Source: an uncultured Eubacteriales bacterium (GTDB taxonomy: Bacteria; Bacillota; Clostridia; Oscillospirales; CAG-272). From it: a stretch of 64,000 nt of DNA. Made by a program: the position numbers and the translations under genes. The DNA is taken from contig CAKVOU010000007.1 in assembly GCA_934796165.1 (NCBI GenBank), positions 27,303-91,302 on the forward strand, read 5' to 3'. The notes beneath the pieces are model-generated. The model did not search any database. It worked only from the letters and a program-made list of their open reading frames with translations, and was not told where the DNA came from. Below, one piece after another: positions 1 to 9,881 of this stretch. Positions within the stretch are counted from its first letter, which is position 1. Every line of letters starts with the position of its first letter.

Positions 1-919
1 CGGACACGTCCCCGGTGCGGAATTCTCCGTACTTTTCCGCCATGCGGGCGCGGAGGCGGAGCGCACATTCAATACCGGGATGGGTGTGGCGGCAGGAGGG
101 ATACGGCTTGAGGTAGCTTCCGTCAATCGTGAAGGTCTTCCCAAGTCCGTCCGTGATCATGGAGAGATCCGGGGCGTCGGTCATGGCGTGAAGCCAGCCC
201 TTGTCGGACTCCAGCGGGTAGCGCGGGCAATCGACACGGGCAGCGGCGAGCTTTGCCGAAAAAATACCCGTCCTCGCGGCATTCGCGGGGTTGACAGGTT
301 TCAGTGCCTGCCCGCTCTCCGCAATGATGATCAGTCCCGACGCCTGCACGGCGGCGGCGGACATGGCGGCATAGATTCCAGCCTCGTCAAGCCTCATGAG
401 CTTCGCGGCGACAGCGGCGCAGGCGATCGCCCCGGCTGTTCCCGTGGAATGAAAGCCTCTTCTGACCAGTCCCGGCTGTGCGGCGGCGGCAACGCGGTTG
501 TACACCTCGTAGCCGACGTTGATCGCCGTGACGAGATCCCGCCCGGTGACATCCGGAAGCGTCTCGGAAAGCGCCAGCGCCGCAGACATGACGTGCGCGC
601 CGACGTGCCCCATCGCCTTACGGTTGCCGTCGTCCATATCCGCGCCGTGCGCGTAGGTAGCAAGCAGAAATGCGGCGTGCATGACAGGCAGGCGGCAATC
701 GGAGAACATCACCGACGCTTCCTCCTTGCCGCCCATATCAAAGAGGATCTCCCTCACCGCGCGGTTGTATGCGCCGTTGACCTTTTCTCCGGCAAACGAG
801 GCTGCAAACCAGTCGGCAAGATATATTCTGGTATGCTCCACCGTTTCCGCGGGCAGATCTTCAAAGCGGAGCTCTGCCGCAAAGCGGGCGAGCATGGCAC
901 TCACGTGTGTTTCAGACAT
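1..919 (-). CDS. MmgE/PrpD family protein (2-methylcitrate dehydratase-like); 3' end runs off the window
   Basis: Absent from the ORF track because it is open to the window edge. Hand translation of the minus strand from the ATG at 917-919 gives MSETHVSAMLARFAAELRFEDLPAETVEHTRIYLADWFAA...HGADMDDGN...GFHSTGTAGA...SYLKPYPSCRHTHPGIE with no stop down to position 1. GGGAGG lies about 8 nt upstream. Confidence 0.8.
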   Translation of the reverse strand, partial: MSETHVSAMLARFAAELRFEDLPAETVEHTRIYLADWFAASFAGEKVNGAYNRAVREILFDMGGKEEASVMFSDCRLPVMHAAFLLATYAHGADMDDGNRKAMGHVGAHVMSAALALSETLPDVTGRDLVTAINVGYEVYNRVAAAAQPGLVRRGFHSTGTAGAIACAAVAAKLMRLDEAGIYAAMSAAAVQASGLIIIAESGQALKPVNPANAARTGIFSAKLAAARVDCPRYPLESDKGWLHAMTDAPDLSMITDGLGKTFTIDGSYLKPYPSCRHTHPGIECALRLRARMAEKYGEFRTGDVS

Positions 920-970
920 AAACGGTTCCTCCCGATTATTAACGATTGTTCCCGGAACAAAAAAGCACGG

Positions 971-1867
971 TTACAGGTCCCCGGTCGTCTTCCGGAGAAT
1001 ATCGAGCATACACTTCATCGGCTCGCTCAGGTACGCGTCGCGGCGGTACAGGACGATCACCCGCCGAACATCCTCTTCCCCGAGGAGCCGGCAGACACGG
1101 AGTGATGGATCCCCTGTCACCAGATACTCCGGCAAAAGTGCCGCACCGATCCCCGCCCGCACCATGGCAAGGCAGGACTCCACATTGATGCAGACTGCCG
1201 CGCGGCAGACGGTCACGCCCGCGTCGGCGGCGATTTCCGAAAGACGCTTGCCGAGCACCTGCCCGTCGCCGACCGTAACAAACGGCACCCCGGCAAACCG
1301 GGAAAACGGGACGGCTTCCCCATCCTCCGGAAGCTCCCGGCAGACGGGGAATGCGGCGGGAACCGCGATGACCAGCCGTTCCCCGGTCACATCCGTGCAC
1401 ACAAACCGGGTTTCGTCCGCCGGCGGGGTGAGCAGACACAGGTCAAACGCTCCGCGCTCCGCTCCCTCGGTCAGTTCGGCGGTGGTCGCTTCGGTCACAT
1501 GAACGGTAAAGCCGGGATACCTTTCCCGGAACCGCGCGATTGCCCGCGGCAGGAGTGAGAAGGTCCGGAACGGTGCGGCGCCCATACGAAGCACGCCGGT
1601 ACGGTCGGACTTGAGATCTCCGATCCGCGAAAGCATCTGCGTCTCAAGGTCGGCTATCCGTTGCCCCATCGAAAGGTACACCTTGCCCGCTTCGGTCAGC
1701 CGGAGCGGCGAGGCGGTGCGGTAAAACAGTTCGGTGCCAAGCTCCGCCTCGATCTTCTTCACGTACTGGCTGAGCGACGGCTGGGAAATGCCCAGCTCTG
1801 CCGCCGCCTCCGAGAAGCTGCCGAGCCGCGCCAGCGTTTCCACATAACGGATCTGCTTCAGATTCAT
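971..1867 (-). CDS. LysR-family transcriptional regulator
   Basis: ORF 971..1906 trimmed to an internal ATG. N-terminal HTH MNLKQIRYVETLARLGSFSEAAAELGISQPSLSQYVKKIE. Lies directly upstream of the PrpD-like gene on the same strand. Confidence 0.9.
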   Translation of the reverse strand: MNLKQIRYVETLARLGSFSEAAAELGISQPSLSQYVKKIEAELGTELFYRTASPLRLTEAGKVYLSMGQRIADLETQMLSRIGDLKSDRTGVLRMGAAPFRTFSLLPRAIARFRERYPGFTVHVTEATTAELTEGAERGAFDLCLLTPPADETRFVCTDVTGERLVIAVPAAFPVCRELPEDGEAVPFSRFAGVPFVTVGDGQVLGKRLSEIAADAGVTVCRAAVCINVESCLAMVRAGIGAALLPEYLVTGDPSLRVCRLLGEEDVRRVIVLYRRDAYLSEPMKCMLDILRKTTGDL

Positions 1868-2024
1868 GTGTTTGTATAATCCTTTACTTATAATATGTAT
1901 AGCCAAATGATTATCACGTGTTCATGTTACCGCGTAATGAACGAATTGTCAACCCGATTTTGCGGTTTTTGTCGTATTGCACAAAATCAAAAGTGAATAA
2001 TTGTTTAATTTTACGGTCAGGTAC

Positions 2025-2053
2025 TTGACAAGATGGAAAATCCGCGCTATAAT
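2025..2053 (+). promoter_or_regulatory. sigma-A type promoter
   Basis: TTGACA (2025-2030), 17 nt spacer, TATAAT (2048-2053), upstream of the 2118 gene. Confidence 0.7.
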
Positions 2054-2117
2054 GACAATGGTTCCGGAAGGGCGACCGACGGAACCGGAAAAATTTACTG
2101 ACAAAGGAGGATCTCAG

Positions 2118-2375
2118 ATGGGAAACACGATTGATCTGCACGACGTTGATGTCAAGGATTTCATCCGCACGGTGGAGAGCTGCAAGGGAAATGTGTATCT
2201 GGAGACCGGCGAGGGCGACCGTTTCAACCTCAAGTCCAAGCTCAGCCAGATCATGGGTCTGACCAAGCTGATCCAGGGCGGCATCATTGTGGACGCAACG
2301 CTGCGCTGTGACAACCGGGAGGACGAATCCAAGCTGGTTCGCTTCGACCTGTTCCGTGAAGTGCCGAAGGACTGA
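2118..2375 (+). CDS. small hypothetical protein (85 aa)
   Basis: In-frame ATG at 2118 with AAGGAGG 7 nt upstream, a consensus promoter upstream and a strong terminator downstream. No family recognised. Confidence 0.7.
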   Translation: MGNTIDLHDVDVKDFIRTVESCKGNVYLETGEGDRFNLKSKLSQIMGLTKLIQGGIIVDATLRCDNREDESKLVRFDLFREVPKD

Positions 2376-2435
2376 TGTCCCGGCGCCGACACGGCGCAAA
2401 AGAAAAAACGGCCGGAAGGCCTTACAGATAAAACA

Positions 2436-2487
2436 GGGGCTGTGAAAAACCTCAGAATGAGTTTTTTCACAGCCCCCTTTTTGTTTT
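2436..2487. terminator. bidirectional rho-independent terminator
   Basis: GGGGCTGTGAAAAA (2436-2449) pairs with TTTTTCACAGCCCC (2463-2476). T-runs follow on both strands. Sits between convergent genes. Confidence 0.85.
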
Positions 2488-2856
2488 TCAGTCGGTATCA
2501 GGTGCTGACGGAATCAATCCCTGCCGGGCAGGAGATGCGGATTCTCCTTCACCGGGATCCGTTTTTTTCGGACGGATGATCGGTTCCCCGGTTTCCGGTA
2601 CCCCGGTCTCCGGATCGTCCGGAATACCCGTTTTCACCGGCTCCGCTCCGACGGCATATGCCGCATCGGTCAGACTCTCGCCGAATATGTAAGCGATGAT
2701 CAGACCGCCGGCAGTGATGATCGATGTGATCTTTGCCGCAAGCGTATCACCGAACCCGATCGCCGCGCACAGTGTGCCGACGAGTCCCGCGACCGTCAGC
2801 CAGAATTTCCGGCTGGTGAGCTTGCGCCAAAGCGTATCTTTTGTTGTCTGTTTCAT
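2488..2856 (-). CDS. holin-like two-TM membrane protein with Pro/Glu-rich tail
   Basis: ORF 2488..2931 trimmed to the ATG at 2854-2856 (AAGGAGA 9 nt upstream). LWRKLTSRKFWLTVAGLVGTLCAAIGF plus a second TM, ITSIITAGGLIIAYIFG, resemble SPP1/phage_holin_4-type holins from memory. Confidence 0.5.
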   Translation of the reverse strand: MKQTTKDTLWRKLTSRKFWLTVAGLVGTLCAAIGFGDTLAAKITSIITAGGLIIAYIFGESLTDAAYAVGAEPVKTGIPDDPETGVPETGEPIIRPKKTDPGEGESASPARQGLIPSAPDTD

Positions 2857-2927
2857 TTGATCGGTTCTCCTTTTTTGTTTTTTCGTTTGTGCATTCTGAT
2901 TTTTATCTGTTGCCTGTGTCGCCGTAG

Positions 2928-3170
2928 TCAATCCGTTTCATATTCCCGTCCGGACCGTACGCCCTCCAGGCGGGACAGCCGCCTGTCAAGGTTTCCGAGA
3001 ATGCTCCGGACGGTCAGGTTTTCCTTGCCCTGTGTTTCCATAAAGGTACGCAGCTGTTTTACCGCGTCCTCAAGGGATACCAGCGTCCGGTTGACCCGGA
3101 GGACCACACTGATGACCGAGCACAGCGCCGACACGAGCGTCACGATGCCGACGACGATCTCCCATGTCAT
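2928..3170 (-). CDS. small membrane-anchored coiled-coil protein (80 aa)
   Basis: ORF 2928..3215 trimmed to the ATG at 3168-3170 (AAAGGAGAG upstream). N-terminal TM WEIVVGIVTLVSALCSVISVVL followed by a heptad-like segment. Its stop overlaps the TTG that opens the downstream holin-like ORF. Confidence 0.55.
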   Translation of the reverse strand: MTWEIVVGIVTLVSALCSVISVVLRVNRTLVSLEDAVKQLRTFMETQGKENLTVRSILGNLDRRLSRLEGVRSGREYETD

Positions 3171-3406
3171 GTCTGATCTCTCTCCTTTCGTTTTCCGCCG
3201 CCCCATGTCAAGCATAACACACCGTCACGCCACCGGACTGACGCTTTTCCGTCAGAATAGAAAAGTACGGGAATTGCAAGAAATTTCTTGAAAAAACGAC
3301 CCGCATATGATATACTGAAATAAATATACGCCGGAGGCAGGTGCAGGGCGCTTTCCAAGGTTCCGTCGTGCCCTGCCGGATGCTCCGGTCATTTGTGAGG
3401 TATCCG

Positions 3407-4012
3407 ATGAATATCATTCTTGCGTCAGGCTCTCCCCGCCGCCGGGAGATTCTTTCTTCCCTCGGTGTCCGGTTTTCGGTGCTGGCAGCCGGAACGGACG
3501 AGACCTGCGACAAGACAGATCCCGGCGAACTGACCGAAGTCCTGTCGCTCCGCAAGGCGCGGGCGGCGGCAGAACAACTGCGGAAAACCGGAGACATGAC
3601 GGACCGGACGCTCATCATCGCCTCGGACACGGTCGTCGCCGCGCCGGACGGAGAAATCCTCGGCAAGCCGCACACGCGCGCGGACGCGGAACGGATGCTG
3701 CGCCTTCTTTCCGGCAGACGGCACACGGTCGTCAGCGGGATTGCGCTGATCCTCGGCTGCCGGGAGCTGACCGCGCACGCCGTGACGGCGGTGGACTTTG
3801 ACCCCATCCCGGAAAAGCTGCTTGAAGCCTATCTTGACTCCGACGAGCCATACGACAAGGCGGGTGCATACGCGATCCAGGGACACGCGTCGGTCTGGAT
3901 CCGCGGAATTGAGGGCGACTACTTCAACGTGGTCGGATTGCCCGTCAATCTGCTTGCGGGAAAGATCCGGGAACTGACCGGAAAAGAGCTTTGCGATCTC
4001 GCGGACGCGTGA
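3407..4012 (+). CDS. maf: Maf-like nucleoside triphosphate pyrophosphatase / septum formation protein
   Basis: MNIILASGSPRRREILSSLGV...KAGAYAIQG motifs. ORF 3341..4012 trimmed to the ATG at 3407. Confidence 0.9.
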   Translation: MNIILASGSPRRREILSSLGVRFSVLAAGTDETCDKTDPGELTEVLSLRKARAAAEQLRKTGDMTDRTLIIASDTVVAAPDGEILGKPHTRADAERMLRLLSGRRHTVVSGIALILGCRELTAHAVTAVDFDPIPEKLLEAYLDSDEPYDKAGAYAIQGHASVWIRGIEGDYFNVVGLPVNLLAGKIRELTGKELCDLADA

Positions 4013-4210
4013 AGCGCCTGAAACCGCCGGAAGCAGAGGAGCAGAAAACAAAGAAATCCACGTCCCGGTCGCGTGAAGCACGGTAACCAAAACAGATCGG
4101 CGCGACCGAAAGATCCCCTGCCGTCTCGCGGAGCGTGAAGCGCGGGGATAACGGGCGCGGCAGATTTTATCACATCACAGATTGCAGAAATCATGAAAGG
4201 GGGAGTTCTG

Positions 4211-5218
4211 ATGGCAGAATCAGTCGGGATCGATCTCGGCACGTCCAACGTGCGCGTGTGTGTACGCGGAAAAGGCATTGTTCTGCGCACTCCCTCGGTG
4301 ATCGCGCGCAAGAAAAATACCGGAGAAATCATTGCCCACGGCATGAAGGCGCGCGAAATGCTCGGCAAAACGCCCGCCAGCATTCAGGTCATCCGCCCGA
4401 TTGAGGGCGGCGTAATCGCGGACGGAGACGTGGCGGCAACCCTTCTGTCCTATCTGTTCCGCAGGATCGGCGTGATCTCCATGTTCAGCCGTCCCGATGT
4501 ACTCATTACCGTTCCCGCCGGCGTGACCGCCGTGGAGCGCAGAGCGGTAGAGGATGCGGCTTTTGACGCGGGTGCCCGGAGCGTGACACTGCTTGACGCG
4601 TCGGTTGCCGCTGCGGTCGGCGCGGGGCTTCCCGTCGGGGGACCGCGCGGATGCATGATCGCAGACATCGGCGCCGGAACCACCGAAGCGTCGGTGCTCT
4701 CGCTCGGCGGGGTGGTATCCTCCTCTGCGCTGCGCAAGGGGGGCGACGATCTGGACCGGGCAATCGTAGAAAAACTTGCTTCCGACGCGGGGATCCTCAT
4801 CGGGATCTCTGCCGCGGAGCGGCTCAAATTGCGCGTCGGCGCGGCGCTCCCCGGACTTCGCCGGGAGTTTCAGACGGTCACCGGGCGCGGCACCAAAACA
4901 GGACTCGCCATGAGCGCGGACATTTCCTCCAACCAGCTTGCGGAGGCGACCGCTGAGGCTGTATATGACATTGCCATGGGCATCAAGTCGGCGCTCGGAA
5001 ACGCGCCGCCCGAGCTGGCAGGGGACGTGATGAGCCGCGGAGTGGTGCTTTCCGGCGGAACCTCCCTTCTTCCCGGTATCGGGCAGGTCATCGGCAACAC
5101 CTGCGGTGTACGCGTATTTTTTGTAAAATCTCCGCTCGACGCGGCGGCGACGGGACTTTGCCGGATCCTCGAAGAACCGGAAAAATTCCGCAAGCTGTTC
5201 CGCACGGGCAAAAACTGA
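4211..5218 (+). CDS. mreB: rod shape-determining actin homologue MreB/Mbl
   Basis: SVGIDLGTSNVRV...IRPIEGGVIAD...VLSGGTSLLPGI actin-fold motifs. ATG at 4211 with GGGGGAG upstream. Confidence 0.9.
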   Translation: MAESVGIDLGTSNVRVCVRGKGIVLRTPSVIARKKNTGEIIAHGMKAREMLGKTPASIQVIRPIEGGVIADGDVAATLLSYLFRRIGVISMFSRPDVLITVPAGVTAVERRAVEDAAFDAGARSVTLLDASVAAAVGAGLPVGGPRGCMIADIGAGTTEASVLSLGGVVSSSALRKGGDDLDRAIVEKLASDAGILIGISAAERLKLRVGAALPGLRREFQTVTGRGTKTGLAMSADISSNQLAEATAEAVYDIAMGIKSALGNAPPELAGDVMSRGVVLSGGTSLLPGIGQVIGNTCGVRVFFVKSPLDAAATGLCRILEEPEKFRKLFRTGKN

Positions 5219-5259
5219 ACCGGAAACGGATGAAAACTGAACCGAAAAGGAGTTTTTAT

Positions 5260-6390
5260 ATGGATCCCAGAAATACAGAACCGGAGGAGGCCCCGGAACC
5301 CGAAGAGCAGGCATCTCCCGCCCCCTCCGCCGACGACACTGCCGCCACGGATACTTTCCCCCCGGAGCAAGCCGAAGCCGCAGGGGCGGCACTGCTCTCA
5401 GAAAAAGCGGCAAACAAAGCCGCCATGCGCTCGGCAAGGCAGACGTATACGACCGTCGGGCTTGCCATGTGCGTGCTGATCCTTGCCTCTTATCTTGCCA
5501 GCGGGCTCATTCAGACGATCGTTTATCTGGTTTCTCCCACCCTGTACGAATCCGCCGTCTTTCTGCTGATCGCCGGGACGGTCCCCATGTATCTCTTCGG
5601 GTTTCTTCCCGCTGCCCTGATCATCAGAAGACTTCCCCGTGCTTCGCTGACAAAAAACCGCGTGTCCGTCCGGATGTACCTGCTTTTCTTCGTGATATGC
5701 TACGGGATGCAGGTCATCGGGCAGATCCTCAGCAGCAACACGCTGAATCTGCTGGAATGGATCACGGGACATTCCTTTGACTTCCAGCTGAACGATACGG
5801 TCGCCGAGGCACCGGTCTTTGTCACGATTCTTTTCAGCGTCGTGCTCGCGCCCGTGATCGAAGAGCTGTTTTTCCGCAAGCTGCTCATTGACCGGCTTGC
5901 TCCCATCGGCGGCTTCGGTGCGGTGCTGGTCTCCGCCATTATTTTCGGACTGTTCCACGGCAACTTCTATCAGGCGTTTTACGCGACCGGGCTCGGGCTG
6001 ATCTTCGGCTGGATCTATCTGTACAGCGGCGGAAACATCCTGTACTCGATCTCCTTACACGTGCTGTTCAATCTGCTCGGCGGCGTTCTCGTCCCCAAGC
6101 TGACCGAAATCCTCGGTATCGGTACCGAACAGGGAATAACCGGCGACATCATCGCGGCGCACCCGGTAGCGTTTCTTCTGTACCTGCTCTATTTTGCCTT
6201 CCTGCTTACTGCACTCATCATTACGTGGATCTGTCTGGCAGTCAAAAAAAGAAATATCCGGGAATCCCTTGACGCCTACCCCTCCCCGATCACGGGGGAC
6301 GGCAGTCGCATCGGCGCCGTCTTTTCCAATCCCGGGGTCCCGCTGATGGGGCTTCTCTTCCTCATCATGTTCTGGCTCTCCGCGCAATAA
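5260..6390 (+). CDS. CPBP (CAAX/Abi) family intramembrane glutamic endopeptidase
   Basis: APVIEELFFRKLL, FGLFHGNF and SISLHVLFNL motifs in a polytopic membrane protein. ATG at 5260 with AAAGGAG upstream. Confidence 0.85.
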   Translation: MDPRNTEPEEAPEPEEQASPAPSADDTAATDTFPPEQAEAAGAALLSEKAANKAAMRSARQTYTTVGLAMCVLILASYLASGLIQTIVYLVSPTLYESAVFLLIAGTVPMYLFGFLPAALIIRRLPRASLTKNRVSVRMYLLFFVICYGMQVIGQILSSNTLNLLEWITGHSFDFQLNDTVAEAPVFVTILFSVVLAPVIEELFFRKLLIDRLAPIGGFGAVLVSAIIFGLFHGNFYQAFYATGLGLIFGWIYLYSGGNILYSISLHVLFNLLGGVLVPKLTEILGIGTEQGITGDIIAAHPVAFLLYLLYFAFLLTALIITWICLAVKKRNIRESLDAYPSPITGDGSRIGAVFSNPGVPLMGLLFLIMFWLSAQ

Positions 6391-6520
6391 TCAAAGGGGA
6401 CGGCTTCCCGCCGCGGGGCGGTACGACATCCCGGAACAGCTTTTCTCTGCGGGTCGCAAGCCTTCTGTCTGAAATCCATACCCAAAACGTCAGGCGTCAT
6501 GGCGCCGGAAAGGAACCCTC

Positions 6521-8584
6521 ATGAATCAAGGAACCCCGTCCGGGCATCGGCGCAGATACATTGCCGTTGCGGCGGTGTTCTGTGTCGTATGTCTCGTTTA
6601 TATCTGCCGCATGTTTTACGTCCAGATCATCTCGAGAAACAATTATCTCGGCGACGCCGGGAAATACACCACCGAATACCGCGATATTCAGGCGGTACGC
6701 GGCGAGATCTATGACCGCAACGGTGTCAAGCTGGTGGGAAATCATTACACCTACCGCTTTGTGCTGGACTATGCGTCGTTTCCGCGCGGGAAAGCAAATC
6801 AGAACGACCTTCTGCTCTCGGTGCTTTCTTCCATGGAGCAATACGGTTCTCCGTATGAGTCGGACTGCCCGTTTGAAGGGGTCTATCCGGATCTTTCGGT
6901 CAAGGACGACGGCGGGGATAAATTGGCTTCTCTGGTCAGAGCGGCAAAGCTCAAGGACGGCGCGGGTGCCGCGGAGCTGATCGATTATCTGAAAAAGACA
7001 TATCTGCTTGACGAAAAGCTCTACTCGCCCGAGGAAATGACGCGCCTCCTCTCCATCCGCTGCGACCTGCTTGCGGACAGTTTCGGCGACAGGACCGCGC
7101 AGTTTACCCTTTCGGAGGACGTGGATTCCCGGTTCATCGGGTACATCAGCGAACGGAACCTCTCCGGCGTGACCTTTGCATCGGAGGTCAGCCGTACCTA
7201 CCTCTATCCCGGCTACGCGTCCCACATCTTAGGCAGGATCAGCCAGATCTACAAGGAGGACTGGGACTATTACGCGGAGCGCGGCTATTCCATGAACTCG
7301 CTGGTCGGGGTATCCGGATGCGAGCTTGCGTTTGAGGAATACCTGCACGGGCAGGACGGCAAGGTGGAGCTGAAATTCGACAAGGACGGAAACCTCGTCG
7401 AGCGCAACGTCATCACCGAGCCGGTCGCCGGCAAGGACATTTACCTGACGATTGACATCAATCTCCAGATCGCCGCGGAGGACGGGCTTGCCGAAAACGC
7501 GGAGTACATCCGGAACCTCAGCACTGCCTACGAAAACTGCAATTCCGGTGCGCTCACCGCCCTTGATCCGTCAAGCGGCGAAGTGCTGGCAGTCGCCTCC
7601 TATCCGACTTATGACCTCTCCCGCTTCAACGAAATGTACGACACGCTGTCAAGCGATGCGTACAAGCCCCTGCTCAACCGCGCGACCAGTGAAATCTACG
7701 CGCCCGGCTCGACCTTCAAGCTGGGGGTTGCCGCCGCCGCACTGACCGAGGGCATCGTCGCCGGTGATTCGGTCAACATCTGCTCCGGCAGGTACACCTA
7801 TTATTCGGATTATCAGCCGAAATGCTGGGTCTATCCCGGCTCGCACGGCGACACCAACGTGGTCAAGGCGATCCGCGTCTCCTGCAACTGCTTCTTCTAC
7901 GAGGTCGGCAGACTGCTCGGCATCGAACGCATCGTCGACTACTGCACCTCCTTCGGACTGGGGCAAAAGACCGGCATTGAAATCGGCGAGGTCACAGGCA
8001 CGCTCGCTTCCCCCGACGAATACCCCATCCACCACAAGGACGAAAACGGTAATCCCATACAGTGGACGCCGGGACTGACCATTCAGGCGGCGATCGGGCA
8101 GTGCGACAACTCCTTCACGCCGCTCCAGATCGCAAATTACGTTTCCACGCTTTTGAACGGCGGCACGCGCTATGCGGTGCATCTGCTCGGCTCGGTACGC
8201 ACCTTTGAGGGAGAGATCCTCTTTGAAAACAAACCGACCATCGCTGGGAAAGCGTCCATTACGGCGGAATCGGCAGCCCTCGTGCGTGAGGGAATGCGCG
8301 AGGCGGTCTGGGGAAACGATACCGCGACCGCGGGAAATGAGATTTCCTCCGGTAATTCGTTTATCAGGCGGCAGATGAAGAATCTGCCCGTCACGGTCGG
8401 CGCGAAGACGGGTACCGCACAGCGCGGAACCGGCATTGACAACGCGCTCCTCGTGTGCGCCGCGCCTTATGACACGCCGGACATCGTGATCTGCTGCGTG
8501 CTTGAAAAAGGCGTTTCCGGGCAGTATGCATCCATTGCCGCGGCGCGGGTACTGGAAGCGTTCTACGGCGTCGAAAAGAAGTAA
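6521..8584 (+). CDS. class B penicillin-binding protein (PBP2/FtsI-type transpeptidase)
   Basis: N-terminal TM, then the SxxK (GSTFK), SxN (SCN) and KTG (AKTGTA) motifs. Confidence 0.9.
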   Translation: MNQGTPSGHRRRYIAVAAVFCVVCLVYICRMFYVQIISRNNYLGDAGKYTTEYRDIQAVRGEIYDRNGVKLVGNHYTYRFVLDYASFPRGKANQNDLLLSVLSSMEQYGSPYESDCPFEGVYPDLSVKDDGGDKLASLVRAAKLKDGAGAAELIDYLKKTYLLDEKLYSPEEMTRLLSIRCDLLADSFGDRTAQFTLSEDVDSRFIGYISERNLSGVTFASEVSRTYLYPGYASHILGRISQIYKEDWDYYAERGYSMNSLVGVSGCELAFEEYLHGQDGKVELKFDKDGNLVERNVITEPVAGKDIYLTIDINLQIAAEDGLAENAEYIRNLSTAYENCNSGALTALDPSSGEVLAVASYPTYDLSRFNEMYDTLSSDAYKPLLNRATSEIYAPGSTFKLGVAAAALTEGIVAGDSVNICSGRYTYYSDYQPKCWVYPGSHGDTNVVKAIRVSCNCFFYEVGRLLGIERIVDYCTSFGLGQKTGIEIGEVTGTLASPDEYPIHHKDENGNPIQWTPGLTIQAAIGQCDNSFTPLQIANYVSTLLNGGTRYAVHLLGSVRTFEGEILFENKPTIAGKASITAESAALVREGMREAVWGNDTATAGNEISSGNSFIRRQMKNLPVTVGAKTGTAQRGTGIDNALLVCAAPYDTPDIVICCVLEKGVSGQYASIAAARVLEAFYGVEKK

Positions 8585-8748
8585 TCCGGAGTAAGTCCGG
8601 AAGTATTCTGCGGAGCCGAAAAAGCAATCCGGAGTGGGCACCGGAAGCACGCTATGCCGCCGGAGAAAAATAATCCGGGACTGGCAATCGCATAAAACCG
8701 GAAAATTTACAAATTGTCACGGAATATCCAAGCACCTGCAACAATCCG

Positions 8749-8757
8749 TGCTATAAT
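8749..8757 (+). promoter_or_regulatory. extended -10 promoter element
   Basis: TGCTATAAT about 130 nt upstream of the oxidoreductase gene. No good -35. Confidence 0.45.
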
Positions 8758-8888
8758 GGAATCGGAGCGGAACGCTTTCCCGGAGGGAATCCGGAAAGAG
8801 CGGATCCAGCCCCCGGAATGCGGCAACGCCGCAACCAAATCCGTCACTTAATCCGGCATTTGCCGGTCAGAGAAAGGATACATACATC

Positions 8889-9881
8889 ATGGAACAGCAT
8901 ACTCCTCATCCCGAATACAACGATCTGCCGGTACTTGTCGTCGGCGCGGGTGCCATCGGCAAGCGGCACATTGAGGTTCTTTACGAAATGGGCGTTAAGA
9001 ACCAGACCGTCTGCGACCCCTTCCCCGCCGCTCTGGATGTCATCCGGGCGCAGCATCCCGAGTTCGGATACGAGACCGATTACACCGAAGCGCTGAAGAA
9101 GAAGCCCTTCGCCGTCTTCATTCTGACCCCGACCAAGATGCACATTCCGATGGCGATCCAGGCGCTGGAAGCCGGCGCACACGTCTTCATCGAAAAGCCG
9201 CTGTCCAACTCCTCCGAGGGCATCGAAGACCTCAAGGTTGCGGCAGAAAAGGCAAACCGCAAGGTCATGATCGGCTTCTGCTTCCGTTATCACGAGGCGT
9301 TGCTTGAGGCAAAGAAGCTGCTGGACGCAGGCAAGATCGGCAGACTGGTGTCGGTGCGTGCCCTGATGGGAGAGTGCTTCCCGTCCATTCACCCCGAATA
9401 CAAGTCGATGTATCTGTCTAAGTACTCCGGCGCGTTCGAGCTGATCCACGACCTTGATCTCGCCATCTGGTTTGCGGGGCAGAAGGTCAAGAAGACCTAC
9501 GGCGTGTACGGCGCGTTCAGCAACTATGAGTTTGAGTCGCCCGACACGGTGGAAATGCTGCTGGAATTTGAGGATCGTTGCACCGCATCGGTGCATCTGG
9601 ACTTCTTCCAGACGCCCCGCCGCCGTAAGACCGAGCTGATCGGCACGGACGGTGTCATCACGGTGGATTTTGCGTCGTGGGACGAAGCGGATCTGGAGAT
9701 CTACGAGAAGTCCAAGGGCGCGTGGGAGAAGAAGCATTTCGAGACCCGCCGCAATGATATGTTCATCGACGAGGACACCGAGTTCCTCGAAGCCGCGCTG
9801 CACGATCTGCCCATCAAGTGCACGATCGATGAAGCGGCGAAGTCGCTTTGTGCGGTGGAGAGCATCTACAAGCCGTACTGA
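8889..9881 (+). CDS. Gfo/Idh/MocA family NAD(P)-dependent oxidoreductase
   Basis: Rossmann N-terminus VLVVGAGAIGKRH and EKPL motif (FIEKPLS). Confidence 0.85.
   Translation: MEQHTPHPEYNDLPVLVVGAGAIGKRHIEVLYEMGVKNQTVCDPFPAALDVIRAQHPEFGYETDYTEALKKKPFAVFILTPTKMHIPMAIQALEAGAHVFIEKPLSNSSEGIEDLKVAAEKANRKVMIGFCFRYHEALLEAKKLLDAGKIGRLVSVRALMGECFPSIHPEYKSMYLSKYSGAFELIHDLDLAIWFAGQKVKKTYGVYGAFSNYEFESPDTVEMLLEFEDRCTASVHLDFFQTPRRRKTELIGTDGVITVDFASWDEADLEIYEKSKGAWEKKHFETRRNDMFIDEDTEFLEAALHDLPIKCTIDEAAKSLCAVESIYKPY

Noticed and set aside
80-1105. 341-aa plus-strand ORF (with nested ORFs 394..663 and 681..1502)
   Set aside because: Arg/Gly/His-rich composition. It is antisense to a clean PrpD-family reading frame and to the LysR gene, which is typical shadow-ORF behaviour in GC-rich DNA.
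4220-5437. 405-aa minus-strand ORF
   Set aside because: Antisense to mreB. Arg/Pro/Gly-rich junk with no SD.
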